NCBI RefSeq assembly: GCF_021869535.1
Contig: NW_026262604.1
Span: forward strand, 60,078,001-60,142,000
Source of the DNA: Mytilus californianus
Lineage: Eukaryota
DNA: 64,000 nt
Reading direction: 5' to 3'
The first letter of the stretch is position 1; each line of letters starts with the position of its first letter. The notes below the pieces were generated by a model that worked only from the letters and a program-made list of their open reading frames with translations, made no database searches and had not been told where the DNA came from. Shown one piece after another: positions 52,430-64,000 of the stretch. A program made the translations under genes and the position numbers.

Positions 52430-54205
52430 TTTAATAAACCATGATCTAAAATAGCATCTTACTATAGTCCCACCTAATGTTATATATGTGGGTATAAACC
52501 ATGATCTATAGTATCCTACTATAGTCCCACCGAATGATATATATGTGGGAATAAACCATGATCTATAAATCTACTATAGTCCCACCGAATGGTATGTGTG
52601 TGGGAATAAACCACGATCTATAATATCCTACTAAACCATGATCTATAGCATCCTACTATAGTCCTACTGAATGTTATGTATACCGGATGCGAGGACGAAA
52701 TAAAGCGCATGACTAGAATACAATTTTCCTTTACTCGGATCAATTCTTTTTTTCTCTTTCTGTAGTCTTAACTGTGTTATGTATGTGGGAATAAACCATG
52801 ATCTATAGTATCCTACTATAGTCCCACCGAATGATATATATGTGGGAATAAACCATGATCTATAATATCCTACTATAGTCCCACCGAATGGTATGTGTGT
52901 GGGAATAAACCACGATCTATAATATCCTATTAAACCATGATCTATAGTATCCTACTATAGTCCCACCGAATGTTATGTGTGTGGGAATAAACCATGATCT
53001 ATAGTATCTTACTATAGTCCCACCGAATGTTATGTATGTGGGAATAAACCATGATCTATAGTATCATACTATAGTCCCACCGAATGTTATGTATGTGGGA
53101 ATAAACCATGATCTGTGGTATCCTACTATTGTCCCACTGACTGTTATCTATACCGGATGCGAGGACGGAATAAAGCGCATGACAAGAATACAATTTTCCT
53201 TTACTCTGATCATTTTTTTTTCTCTCTCTGTAGTCTTAACTATGTTATGAATAACAGTAAATCTGCACCCTTTTTCAATAAACCAAAATGCTAATGAGAG
53301 CACAATTTTATATGCATGTGTTTTTATCCATCTTTTCTTTTGATTCTTTGTTCACATTAAAAAAATAAGCATAAAGTGCATATGCTTTATTCCGTCCTCG
53401 CATTTGTCCCACTTTATTAACAATAATGAGAATAAACTAAGATTGATTTATCCTGCTATTGTCCCATTTTATGTAATATATGTCCCACCGAATGATATAT
53501 ATGTGGTAATAAACCATGATCTATAGTATCCTACTATAGTCCCTCCGAATGTTAAGTATGTTGGAATTAGTAAACCATGATCTATAATATCCTACTATAG
53601 TCCCACCGAATGTTTTATATGAGGGAATACCCCCATTATCTATAGTATCCTACTATAATCCCACCGAATGTTATGTATGTGGGAATAAACCATGATCTTT
53701 AGTATCATACTATAGTCCCACCGAATGTTATGTATGTGGGAATAAACCATGATCTATGGTATCCTACTATTGTCCCACTGACTGTAATCTATACCGAATG
53801 CGAGGACGACATGAAGCGCATGACAAGAATACAATTTTACTTTACTCTTATCATTTTTTTGCTCTCTCTGTATTCTTAACTATGTTATGAATAATAGTAA
53901 AGCTGCACCCTTTTTCAATAAAACCAAAAGTTAGTGAGAGCACAATTTTATATGCATGTGTTTTTATCCATCTTTTCTATTGATTCTTTGTTCACATTAA
54001 AAAAATAAGCATAAAGTGCATATGCTTTATTCCGTCCTCGCATTTGTCCCACTTTATTAACAATAATGAGAATAAACTAAGATTGATTTATCCTGCTATT
54101 GTCCCATTGTATGTAATATATGTCCCACCGAATGATATATATGTGGGAATAAACCATGATCTATAGTACCCTACTATAGTCCCTCCGAATGTTAAGTATG
54201 TTGGA
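52430..54205. repeat. 57-bp satellite with a 640-bp higher-order duplication
   Basis: Monomer tgtgggaataaaccatgatctatagtatcctactatagtcccaccgaatgttatgta (52981 to 53038 = 57). Non-array spacers are duplicated at 53241 and 53881. Confidence 0.9.
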
Positions 54206-55314
54206 ATTAGTAAAATTATGAAAAAAATATCAGTGTACAGCTTTGTATGTGCTTCGATGAATAGAATTATTTTTGTTACTATTACAATATAGGGAATGTG
54301 GGGAAAAAATAAAACATGTAAATATGTCCACTACGTAATGGTCAACTACGAAACAAGTATGAGAGATAAACGTTTCGTAGTGGACACTACCACTACCATG
54401 CAGTCGTTTTTTACTTTTTTTTCAATTATATTCGTGCAAAACAAATAACAAGGGTTAATTTCATGTAATTTTCAGTATGTTTTTATCAACATAGAATAGG
54501 GTTAATGTCAACTACGAAACTTTGTGTCCACTACGAAACGGTTTTGTCAACTACGAAACTCATCAAAATGTCCACTGCGTAACATGTGTTGTACCTTCAT
54601 ATGTGAAGTACTGTCTAATCTTTATCGATAAAAAAATTGTTCTCCAATTCAGAAAAAATGCGATTTTTCTAGTATATAAAGTAAAACAAACTGGAATGAC
54701 AATAGGAGACATTAAAATGCCACACAATGTGCATTTAGAAGCAGTTTCGTAGGGGACAAATGTCCCCTACGAATCAGTACATAAATTATGAAAAAAATAT
54801 CATTTTGAAGAGTATTTAAGATTGCACTTTTTATTTACAAACAGGTCTATAATAGAGGTATTCAAAATAAATCTTGAAATAAAATTTTAGACAAGTTGAT
54901 TTTCCAATTTTTTTAGGTCTGAAATTCACACTTTTATTGAAAAACGCCCAAAATACTCCTAAAATTTCTATATAGGTCACACGTCTGACCTGACATTGAC
55001 CTTGTTTTAGGTAAAAAGTCAAGGTCATGCAGTTCAGAGTGTCACATTCATGATTTTATTCACAAAAACTGAAGCATGACCTATATAGAGGTTAAAGGTC
55101 AAGGTCATACAATAATAAAATGCAATTTTTATAATTTTTCCCCAAAAAAATTCCTTGCCCCTTTTTTATAATAATATCCCCAAAATAAAACCCCTTTTCA
55201 AGGTGTTGGGTTGCAATAAGTGTCATAAATCTATAAAGTGTTTGTTATAAGTAAAAACATTAGTATTTTAAACAATTATATCGATCTTTACTTATCATAA
55301 AAAAATGTGTGTAT

Positions 55315-55593
55315 ATATATAATCATGGTTTAGTCCCACCTTCTATATTAAATGAAGTATTTTTCCGTATGGGTGGGATTAAACCATGATTATATACATG
55401 TATATACATGTATATACAGTTTTTAAAGAATGAATTCTATATATAATCATGGTTTAGTCCCACCTTCTATGTTAAATGAAGCATTTTTCCGTATGGGTGG
55501 GATTAAACCATGATTATATATAATATACAGTTTTTATAGGATGAATCCTATATATAATCATGGTTTAGTCCCACCTGGGACTAAACCATGATT
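55315..55593. repeat. Reverse-complement copy of the 108/110-bp satellite (2 monomers) ending in a perfect 18-bp hairpin
   Basis: catggtttagtcccaccttctat.ttaaatgaag.atttttccgtatgggtgggattaaaccatg is the reverse complement of the 51.5-kb monomer. Hairpin at 55556-55593 with a cc loop. Confidence 0.9.
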
Positions 55594-55664
55594 TTGCCAT
55601 AACATAAAGCCTATATACAAATTAAAAAAAAACTTGAATCACTTAGAAAATAGTTCAATACACA

Positions 55665-56080
55665 GCAGTACACCACACAACGCAAATTTAAGTACACTAG
55701 TTCATCATAAAAGTCACATTTTTACACACCAGTACATCACATAACGCATAATTCAGTACAGTACATCACAAAGTCACATTTCTATACACCTGTACATCAC
55801 ACAAAGCACAGTTCAGTACAGTACATTACATTACACAAGGCATATTTCCATGCATCTGTACATCACACAAAGCGCAGTTCAGTACAGTGCATCACACAAA
55901 GCACCGTTCAGTAAAGTACATCACACATTGCACGTTTCTATACATCTAACACTTACAATATACAACAGTACAACATACAAAGTACAGCTCAATATACAAC
56001 AATTCAGCATAAAAAGCGCAGTTCATTATACAGCAGTGCAGCATACAAAACACAGTTCATTACATAACAGTACATTATAC
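55665..56080. repeat. Loose low-complexity repeat
   Basis: Irregular reiteration of cagtacatcacacaaagc(g/a)cagtt. Confidence 0.7.
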
Positions 56081-56403
56081 CAAACTGTTTTACATACTGT
56101 GAAAAAAGGATTATCGGAAGGAATGAATAATGTGAAAATTTAATTTTTACAAGGACTTACAATATTGTTGAAAAAAATCGAAATGATTTTAAAACTGTTC
56201 TACACAGGTAAGATAATACAATGGTGTGTTCAAATACAATTCTACATTATTTAATGAAAATTAGTTGGCTTTAATCCAATGCATCCTCTTTGTTAAATGT
56301 TTGTCTCTTATTTTTAGAGCTAAACTTTTAATTAAGTTTAGATAAAAGTTTATTATCGATATGGTTTTCAAGCTAACAGATAATATTCTATTGGGCAATT
56401 AAC

Positions 56404-56604
56404 GAGGGTCTTGATGGGTGTCCTTCATTTCTGTATTCTTTAATTATTTAGGCAATTTTTTATTATTCTTTATACTTTTTGCCCATTATTCTCTGTTCTT
56501 TCTATTTTAGAACCTCATTATTCTCTATTCTTTTTTTTGTCCATTTTTCTCTATGCTTTAAATTTTTTGACCGTTTTATCCTGTTTACCCCCATCCACAC
56601 CCTC
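56404..56604. mobile_element. Pyrimidine-rich MITE (agggtctggatg family)
   Basis: gagggtcttgatggg ... cccatccacaccctc TIRs. Confidence 0.7.
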
Positions 56605-56880
56605 ATTAATAAATGTGATACCTTTTATGTTGCAGGCCCTTAAAGTAACTATTTATTATATGCAACATGTTATAACTTTTTATACAAAGACAAAAGTCCA
56701 AAAATAATATGCGTCTAATCGAAAAGCAAGGGTCTTTTTTTTTTTGAAAATACACATATTTTCACGTTTTTGTGAAAATCGCACATATCGAAAGATGCGT
56801 CAAAGGAAAATTGTACCGAAATGATTTAATAACTAGTAAATGATGATTCCGAATATTGTCGAAGGAATCTGGATAATCTT

Positions 56881-57221
56881 GTTGGATGACTGTACGCCCA
56901 TTGTCAAATCAAATGCATATTCAGGATGAGAACATGTAAATACGATATATATGAATATGAAGCCTGTTTTGTACGTATATACTAGACCGACACGCCGAGC
57001 CATATTTGTAACGTGCTAGCGCACAAGATCACAAGCGCAAGAAGTCATGTCATCCTACCCGGTCACATTAATTTATTCGATTCTAACATTAATTCCTTAA
57101 TGTCGTGTGCTTAGCGGAGAAGCAACACATTCTGATTTTAAAGTCTTTGGTTTGACTCGTCCAGGAATTTAACCCATGACCTCCCACACTCGAAGAAAAC
57201 ACGTTACCACGATACCACTGA
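56881..57221 (-). mobile_element. Older copy of the tRNA-derived SINE
   Basis: Reverse complement gives cagtggtatcgtggtaacgtg...cgagtgtgggaggtc...ttgcttctccgctaagcacacgacattaagg...tctcatcctgaatatgcat, colinear with 49977-50335. Isolated 3' tails also occur at ~2360, ~3550 (minus), ~42450 and ~58745. Confidence 0.8.
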
Positions 57222-58160
57222 TACAGATTAAGAAGTAAAGAATCCGGGTGTAAATTCTGGTTGTTTTGTGTTTCTATTATATTTTGTCTTTTTATCTTAT
57301 CAATATAAAAAAAAGATATCTAATGAGGGCAACAGTTTTAAATTCATGTACGTGGAAAGAAAATAAATGTATTAATTGAAACATAATAGTTAACTTAAAT
57401 TGAAAACGCATTCACATACAATAAGTTTTTTTCTGAACAGAATAATAAAGTGTTAACATTTTTCAGAATGACTGCACAGAACACTATTTTATGTAAGTAA
57501 ATTATGTACTGTATACATTCCCAGAATGGTATTGTTTCATGTTCAACACATCAGGCTCACTCTACCATACATTGTATGTGTGTAAACCATATCAGACTAT
57601 GTAGTCCATACACAAATAATGTCTAGTTAAGCTTTATTTTGCGACGTTTATTTTGTGTGTGAATTATTCATTATTTGTTGATGTAATAAGCTTTCTTAAT
57701 ATAAATATATATTTTTTTTAATTTGATTTTATCTTTTTTGTATTTTTGAAATGACAACAACAGTGCATTGTTCGTTGTACAGTTTAATCTAATAATCTAC
57801 TGTATCTGATTAGAATTCCGATTGGAACCAACTGTGCCCCTCTTATTGCAAATATTTTTTTTTTATATTGTTATGGAGCGATTTATGGCAAAACTTCTAT
57901 GTCTAGCAGTCCTCGTGATAGACGTTTTTGACAATGTCTGTAGACATTTAGAAGATGTATTCTCGGTAAAAAAAAATCAGAGTTTTCTAAAAACAAAAAC
58001 AAAAATAAAAACAGAAACTCTCGCTAACTACTTTTAACGTGAATCATTGTCATTTTTTCATCATTTTTTAAAAAGTTCTCAAAATAATTTTCATGCAAAA
58101 AATTGTTATAAAGTTAACGGGGCGACTTTTTTTTTGTGAATTTTCCTTTCCTTAATGGTT

Positions 58161-58298
58161 AGGGTCTGGATGTGGGGCTTTTCATTTTTGTATATTCTTT
58201 AATGTAAATGTCATTTTTCTCTAGACTTTATTTTTTTTGGCACATTTTCTGTAGATTTGGCGCATTATTCTTTATTCTGTAAACCCCATCCAGACCCT
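58161..58298. mobile_element. Pyrimidine-rich MITE (agggtctggatg family), best-preserved TIRs
   Basis: Perfect 12-bp TIRs agggtctggatg / catccagaccct. Confidence 0.75.
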
Positions 58299-59935
58299 CT
58301 TTAATGAAGGGTACGTTTTCTAATATGCACGTGTTTATAGTCATGTAAAAGGTTGCGATAAATGTAAGATTTCAATTAGTTAGATACAGCTGGGATTTAG
58401 ATACCCTTATTTGGTCAAAACCTCCGCCAAATGAAATCACAAACATGGAAATTTATGTGGAAATACGATCCTTACTACGAGAATTTAATACATGTAGTGT
58501 CTTTCACACGCAACATCTGTTAAAGGTTGTGTTACTTTAAAAGCTAACGGACTTGGGAATTGTTTTCTATATCTAACTATTATTTCAACCTATATAAAGC
58601 TATATTTATTTATTATTCTGAACAATTATAAAAATTTATGCGATTTAAAGCAATGTTACAAAGACACTTGTTTAAAATAGAATACAACATGTTGTCCTCT
58701 CGAGTCTTTGATGAGTTGTGTCGTTGGTGTGCTGTCTCATTGACAATCTGTCGTCCTGAACATGCATGAAATATTTGCCACTGGACGTTAAGCAACCAAC
58801 AAGAAATCAATCATTCACAATTTAAAGAACTAAATAATTTAGGTAATTTTTTGTTAAATATTGAAAAATCCGTAATAAGTAGTTTTATTCCCTATTTTTC
58901 AAATAATTATTGTCAATCTCTACCATATGTATATGATTGTATAATTGTTGTTATTAATATGACACTGATGCAATGAACATTTATTGTAGAAATGAATATT
59001 TTGTAAGCTGTATTGCTTTCGAAGAAAGTATTCTTATCGTTATACAGTTACCGATCTGGAAACTCTTTTATGATAGGATTATTTCTACGGTACCGCCCAC
59101 TTTACTAAGATTCCCTGTAACTGGCTTTTACATGTTGTATGGCCGTTAATTAAATGCAAAACACAATATTTGTCACAACTCAATCAATGTAATAAACACT
59201 TGTCAGAAGGTGTACGCACTACAAAATATATTACGAAACGATCAATATGAATAAATAATCAGAAACTATCAATAATTAACACTTTATTTATCATTTTTAA
59301 TAATCAACTCCGTCCAAATTACATGCACAATGGTAATAAATATTATCTTCCATTTTGTATACATCCATTTAAAAGTTACGAAGCAATCAAGATGTGGAAA
59401 TTTGTATTAGCACTTAATGGTTTAGTATAGTGTATTAAACAACAAGATTATTGGAAAAAATCACGTTTCTGAAAAACCGCCTTATCATCAATATTCACGT
59501 GACTGTGCCTAATGTTTTGTATATTAAACATTTAAGTGTTAAGTTCTATTGTTTAATGCATATTGTGACAAATCTGTATTCAACCAAATATATATAATGA
59601 AGCAAGCATGTGACGAAAATTATTGTTGTCTTGTACATCATAGTTCAAGTGACTGTATCTATACTACTACGCAAATTCAACGTCACCATGGGACAATACG
59701 TGATAATCGAACATATATTAAAGACATTCGGTAGCCATTTAAAAGAGACTATATACCATTTAGTCATATTGTGATGCAAACTTGAAACGCCACATATTCT
59801 TTTTTGCATTTAAATTGATATTTCGCCGATACATAAATCCGCAAATACCAGGCGTTGTAAACTTTGACATTACAGTTTTACTATCAGGATGAAACGCATA
59901 CTAAAACTTCCGTGTGTTCATTAGAAGGTACGAAA

Positions 59936-60462
59936 ATGGCGTGTACTCATACAAATATTACATTTGCTGAAAGTGGATACGATATTCCTGTGTTTGGTGC
60001 CGGTCACAGTTGTTTTTATGTAATTCACGTGACGGCCATCGTCTGTTTGGTGCTATCTTTTAGCACTGCGATATCAGTGATTATCTCCTTATTCAAATCA
60101 AAAGCAAGAAAACCATTCATGACATGGCAAAAACATGAACGATTTTTGATATATAGATGCATTTGCGATACTATATTCGGTTTTGTTCATAGTTTGGACC
60201 ACGGACAGATGCTTTTTACACAGGACCATGTCCGACCTCGTGGACTATGCTCAATGTATGCAGTTATTATAGTAAATCTATGCGTATCTCAAATGAACCT
60301 ATCTCTATCGTCTGCCTTCAATGCACTTTTATCAGTATATTTTAGGAAGAATTTTGATTTTGGACGAAATGACTGGAAACTGCTGGTGTTTATTTTCTTG
60401 ATTCCTTTCATAGTAGTGGTTGTTATTTGGTCTTTGGGCGTATTAGGTCCAGGTGGATTTCT
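59936..60462 (+). CDS. Orphan 7TM receptor paralogue 4 (most divergent), coding exon 1
   Basis: First in-frame ATG at 59936 (MACTHTNITFAESGYDIPVFG); same TM1-TM4 motifs; phase-2 donor ct|GTAAGT. Confidence 0.88.
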
Positions 60463-60734
60463 GTAAGTATATTTTATTACTAAATAGTGAAATAATGAAA
60501 TTGCTTAATTTTACTAATATAAAGTATAATGTATGCATAGATATTAATCATTCTAAAATACATGTAATATACTGCTACAGAAATGTCCATATCTTAAGTA
60601 ATGTTTTTTTTTAAATTCCAATTGTGTATATAAAATTTAAAAATCAGGTTCTCCGGAAGGGTAAACAGATCCTGTTACACATGTGGCACCCGCCATGCAT
60701 GTAGTGATTTTCGTTGTATAATTTGAATTATGCA

Positions 60735-61321
60735 AAGGAGTAGGCCTGGTTAGACCCCTTTTTGGCCCCAAAATATAGCATTTCAAAAATGTGTTAAAAA
60801 TGTAAACTGTAAGCTATTTATTGGAAAGAAGAATACCTTTGTTACATAAATATGGGCTGTTTTTGACAATACAATGCACATGCATCAGATACTAGCATCA
60901 TTAATTCATGCAAAATTACTGAAATCTTCACAATTTCAGCATTAATTTTGTGCTTAGTTTTAGGCGGTTTTTTGTCTAAAATGGAAGTGGCCACACTTGT
61001 GTTCAGTCTTAATACTTAAATATGTGTTGTATTTGATGATAAAACATAACATATACAAAGGTTGAGACTGAACACGAATGCGGCTACTTCCATTTTAGAC
61101 AAAAACCATCTGAAAAGTGACGTTTTGTGGCATATTTGATAGATTTTTCATATTCAAGCTTGAATTAAGGCGTCTTTAATGGCAAAATCAGTTAAATCTT
61201 TTACATAAACTGATTGAATCGACTGAAGAAGACACTTAAGTGTTTAAAAAATGTCAAAAATCTTTTATCAGATGTACTTCAAATTATAGGCCAAAATAAT
61301 CCCTCACCGGACCTTCTCCTT
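60735..61321. mobile_element. ~590-bp MITE forming most of the 931-nt intron of paralogue 4
   Basis: Imperfect TIRs aaaggagtaggcctggttag / ctcaccggaccttctcctttt. Confidence 0.6.
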
Positions 61322-61393
61322 TTAAAAGGACGTTAAACAATCAACAATCAATCAATTAATCAAAACTTAAAATATTTTCTATTTAATATTCAG

Positions 61394-61949
61394 ATGTGTG
61401 TTTGATTCTGTAAAAGGGATAATAGCCAACATCGTGCTCAGCACAGGGTTGACCAGTGTGGTCTTGCTAGCGCTTTCTGTATTTTATGTTTTAACATGGA
61501 GGCGAATTTATAAGGAGGCAGCGGTCCTTAGAGCTCAAATTGGCAATAAAGGAGTTGCAAGAAGTGCAACGCTTAAATCTGCGAAGGCCATGTGTTTATT
61601 TGTAGTGTTTTACATAATTCAATGGACACCCGTTATCATCTATGGAACTTGGCAGGTGATTTCAAATGTTCCGTTCGAATTATTCGTAGCAGTTGTCATG
61701 ATGACCAATCTCAATGGGGTTTTCAGCGGAATACTTTATTTAATCAACAGATCAAAGACAAAATCGGTCTCAAACCACAACACAGGGATGAATGCGGACA
61801 CTATGAGAAGTAAAACAAAATGTGCGTGCGCTGAACGAAATAAACCATTTACACCTGGTAACTTGATGCGCATAGATTTGAAAGATAAGAAGCACACGCA
61901 TGTCAGTGTTGTAGTATTAAACAGAAACCCAACAACACATGTCAGTTGA
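61394..61949 (+). CDS. Orphan 7TM receptor paralogue 4, coding exon 2; spliced product 360 aa
   Basis: Acceptor atattcag|a. The junction gives GPGGF-L-CVFDSV. TM5-TM7 and a unique C-tail run to TGA at 61947-61949. Confidence 0.88.
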
Positions 61950-62233
61950 GTGTCAACATGCTTGGGTAAAACAAAAGGAAAACAAAATATTTTATGGAAA
62001 TGAAATAGGGGATGATTAGCACCCAATGTTGAGATGTACGTATTATTCAGTTACTAAAACAATACATAGTAAGAAACTATTTTGTTCATTGTTAACCAGG
62101 AAAATTCAAGCAAATAATGACCCAGAACCAAAACCTTAAGCGGTAACGAACGCAAAATGTGTTGAAATAACCTGTGAAGCCAAACATTAATTTCCAGTGT
62201 AAATAGTGTACAGTGTTTTTGTCATTGGTGGAG

Positions 62234-64000
62234 AAACATAAGCTAAAATTTGTTTTTGTCCCGGCTGATAAGCCTGCCAATAATATCATTATTGTTTGAC
62301 GTAAATTTTACATTGAGGTTCTGCAAAAGGAAATCACGAATTCACCAACATTCAAACTGACTTCATTTTCGGAAAAATGACGTCTGTAACAAACATAAAC
62401 TTTAAGCCACCTCTTTACAAGCAGAACCAAATATAATGAAAGTTCCAACTGTGTACTGGATTCCGAAGCTGCACAAAACACCTTACAAATATAGATTTAT
62501 TTCGTCTTCAAGCCATTGTTCCACTACTAAACTGTCTATTCTACTTACTAGTACACTTGGTACAATAAAAAACCTATTAATAAATTGTTCAAATAAGGCC
62601 TTTGAAAATAGTGGAATTAATTACTTTTGGAGTGTCAAAAATTCATTGGAAGTACTTTATAAATTGCATGCTTATATTGGTGATTTCGAATCGGTTCAAA
62701 GTTTTGATATTTTCTACCCCATATAACACTTTGCCTCATAATTTCATTAAGAAATAATTCACACATCTAATTAAATGGGCATTTAATTAGATGTGTAAAT
62801 GCGAATATACATGTTCAAACTCTTTTAGGTCATTTCTTAGTAGCAACAAACAAAAGAACTATGTCAATTGGACCTGCTTTGATACGATAACTGCACTTGA
62901 ATTTTTACTATAAAACATTTTTGCTCGCTATGGAGATTCCGTATATTAAATTTTTTCGAAATTCAAATGGGGACTAACTGTGCACTACTTATTGCGGACC
63001 TGTTTCTGTATTGTTATGAGTTACAATTTATGACTAAAATCAGCAAAGACCCATCGAAACAACATCTGATACAAAAATTTAATAACACTTTTAGATATTT
63101 GGATAATATTCTGGCTGTCAATAATGACGACTACAGTATGTACACTAAAGAGATTTGTCCTGCTGAACTGACTTTAAATAAAGCTAATACTAACAATGAA
63201 CACTGTCCTTTCCTGGATCTTGATATCTATATCTTTAACGGGAAGCTTAATACCAAAGTTTACGATAAAAGACACGATTTTTCATTTCCTACTGTTAATT
63301 ATCCATTTTTAGATGGTGACGTTCCCTTGTCACCATCTTATGGTATTTATATATATCTCAACTTGTTCGATTCGCTCGTGTATGTAACAACATATTTGAT
63401 TTTAACGAAGAAATCTCTGTATTACTAAAATTATTACACCAGGGTTTTCGATATCACAAACTAGTCAAAACATTTACTAAATTTTATCATCGGTACAAGG
63501 ACATCATTCGTAAATATAAATCAACATGCAGACATCTTATACGTTCAGGTACATGTATTTCACATCCAATCTTTTATGGTAATATTCTATAGAAAGCACA
63601 AACATGTCGTCATTCACCTCAAAAGCTAACCAAACCTTTTAACAGACTTATTCAGAAGGGATATAGTTACGATACTGTTGTCAGGTCATTAAAGATGGCA
63701 TGTTTTGGAATTAATATTGATTCACTCATAGGGTCTTTGCATCGGAAATAAACACATTTATTCTAAAACTAGTTGTTGGAAGGATACGGGTTATGTTCAT
63801 ATATATTTTATGATGGTATGATACTAAACCCCTAACGGGAGGAATTGTGCTTGATTTTCATATAATGAAGACATAATCTTTCAATCAGTTTAATTGAGGT
63901 CTGGAGCTTGCATGTCAGTAACTGCTAGTAGGTCCTTTGTTAATTTATGTATCATTGTTATTTTGCTTAGTTTCTTCTGTTACCTATTCTGACATCGGAC
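62234..64000 (+). mobile_element. 5'-truncated, decayed Penelope-like retroelement (Naiad-type: RT with no C-terminal GIY-YIG); 3' UTR runs off the window
   Basis: FVFVPADK..NNIIIV, YWIPKLHK.PYKYRFI, frameshifted FDFSTLYT.LPH, MGTNCA.LIADLFL, FRYLDN (YLDD decayed), YDKR.DF.FP..NYPFLDGDVP..PSYG. The ORF remnant ends at TAA 63749-63751 with no endonuclease after it. Confidence 0.85.
63795..63872 (+). promoter_or_regulatory. Type II SECIS-like element in the 3' UTR of the Penelope-like element
   Basis: ATGAT core at 63810-63814 and TGAT at 63852-63855. 11-bp helix II (10 pairs, one A.A mismatch), AAA at 63826-63828, apical mini-helix CCC/GGG, and lower helix ttcatatat / atataatgaa. Confidence 0.7.

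Larger units (their letters stand above)
51354..55593. mobile_element. 4240-bp foldback-like non-autonomous element made of palindromic satellites
   Basis: Perfect 18-bp terminal inverted repeats aatcatggtttagtccca (51354-51371) / tgggactaaaccatgatt (55576-55593), with TT on both flanks. The interior consists of arrays containing the same motif. Confidence 0.6.

Noticed and set aside
51541-54205. CRISPR-like look of palindromic repeats separated by ~33-bp spacers
   Set aside because: The spacers are essentially identical rather than unique, there are no cas genes, and the context is eukaryotic. This is a satellite.
3483-59734. Remaining short ORFs in the six-frame track
   Set aside because: They are low-complexity F/L/I/Y-rich translations of AT-rich DNA or MITEs, often with non-ATG starts, and have no splice or homology support.
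11288-61949. Treating the eight receptor ORF-track entries as separate 4TM and 3TM genes, or using their TTG/GTG starts
   Set aside because: Conserved GT-AG sites join them in frame into complete 7TM proteins. The exon-1 stops are the TAA inside the GTAAGT donor.

Overview
This is AT-rich eukaryotic (animal) genomic DNA. The repeat landscape suggests a bivalve mollusc, probably a mussel, but that is recognition from memory and is not verified. The only host genes I can support are four tandem, same-strand paralogues of an orphan 7-transmembrane receptor (cAMP-receptor-like/GPR157-like motifs, no DRY). Each has two coding exons joined by a phase-2 GT-AG intron at the same position, giving predicted proteins of 320, 348, 339 and 360 aa. 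The rest is mobile or repetitive DNA: two Helentron-type non-autonomous elements, several MITE families, a 2.07-kb solo-LTR-like insertion with a 4-bp TSD, a truncated CR1-group LINE, tRNA-derived SINEs, a 35-bp minisatellite, a 4.24-kb foldback-like element built from palindromic satellites, and two decayed Penelope-like (Naiad-type) RT fragments. Three signals stand out. (1) The terminal Penelope-like element has an in-frame TGA at a normally Cys position and a well-formed type II SECIS in its 3' UTR, so it may be a selenoprotein-coding retroelement. (2) A dispersed family of minimal type I hammerhead ribozymes is present, with one structurally intact copy. (3) The foldback element has its terminal motif amplified into arrays of inverted pairs. 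Nearly all other ORF-track entries look spurious.
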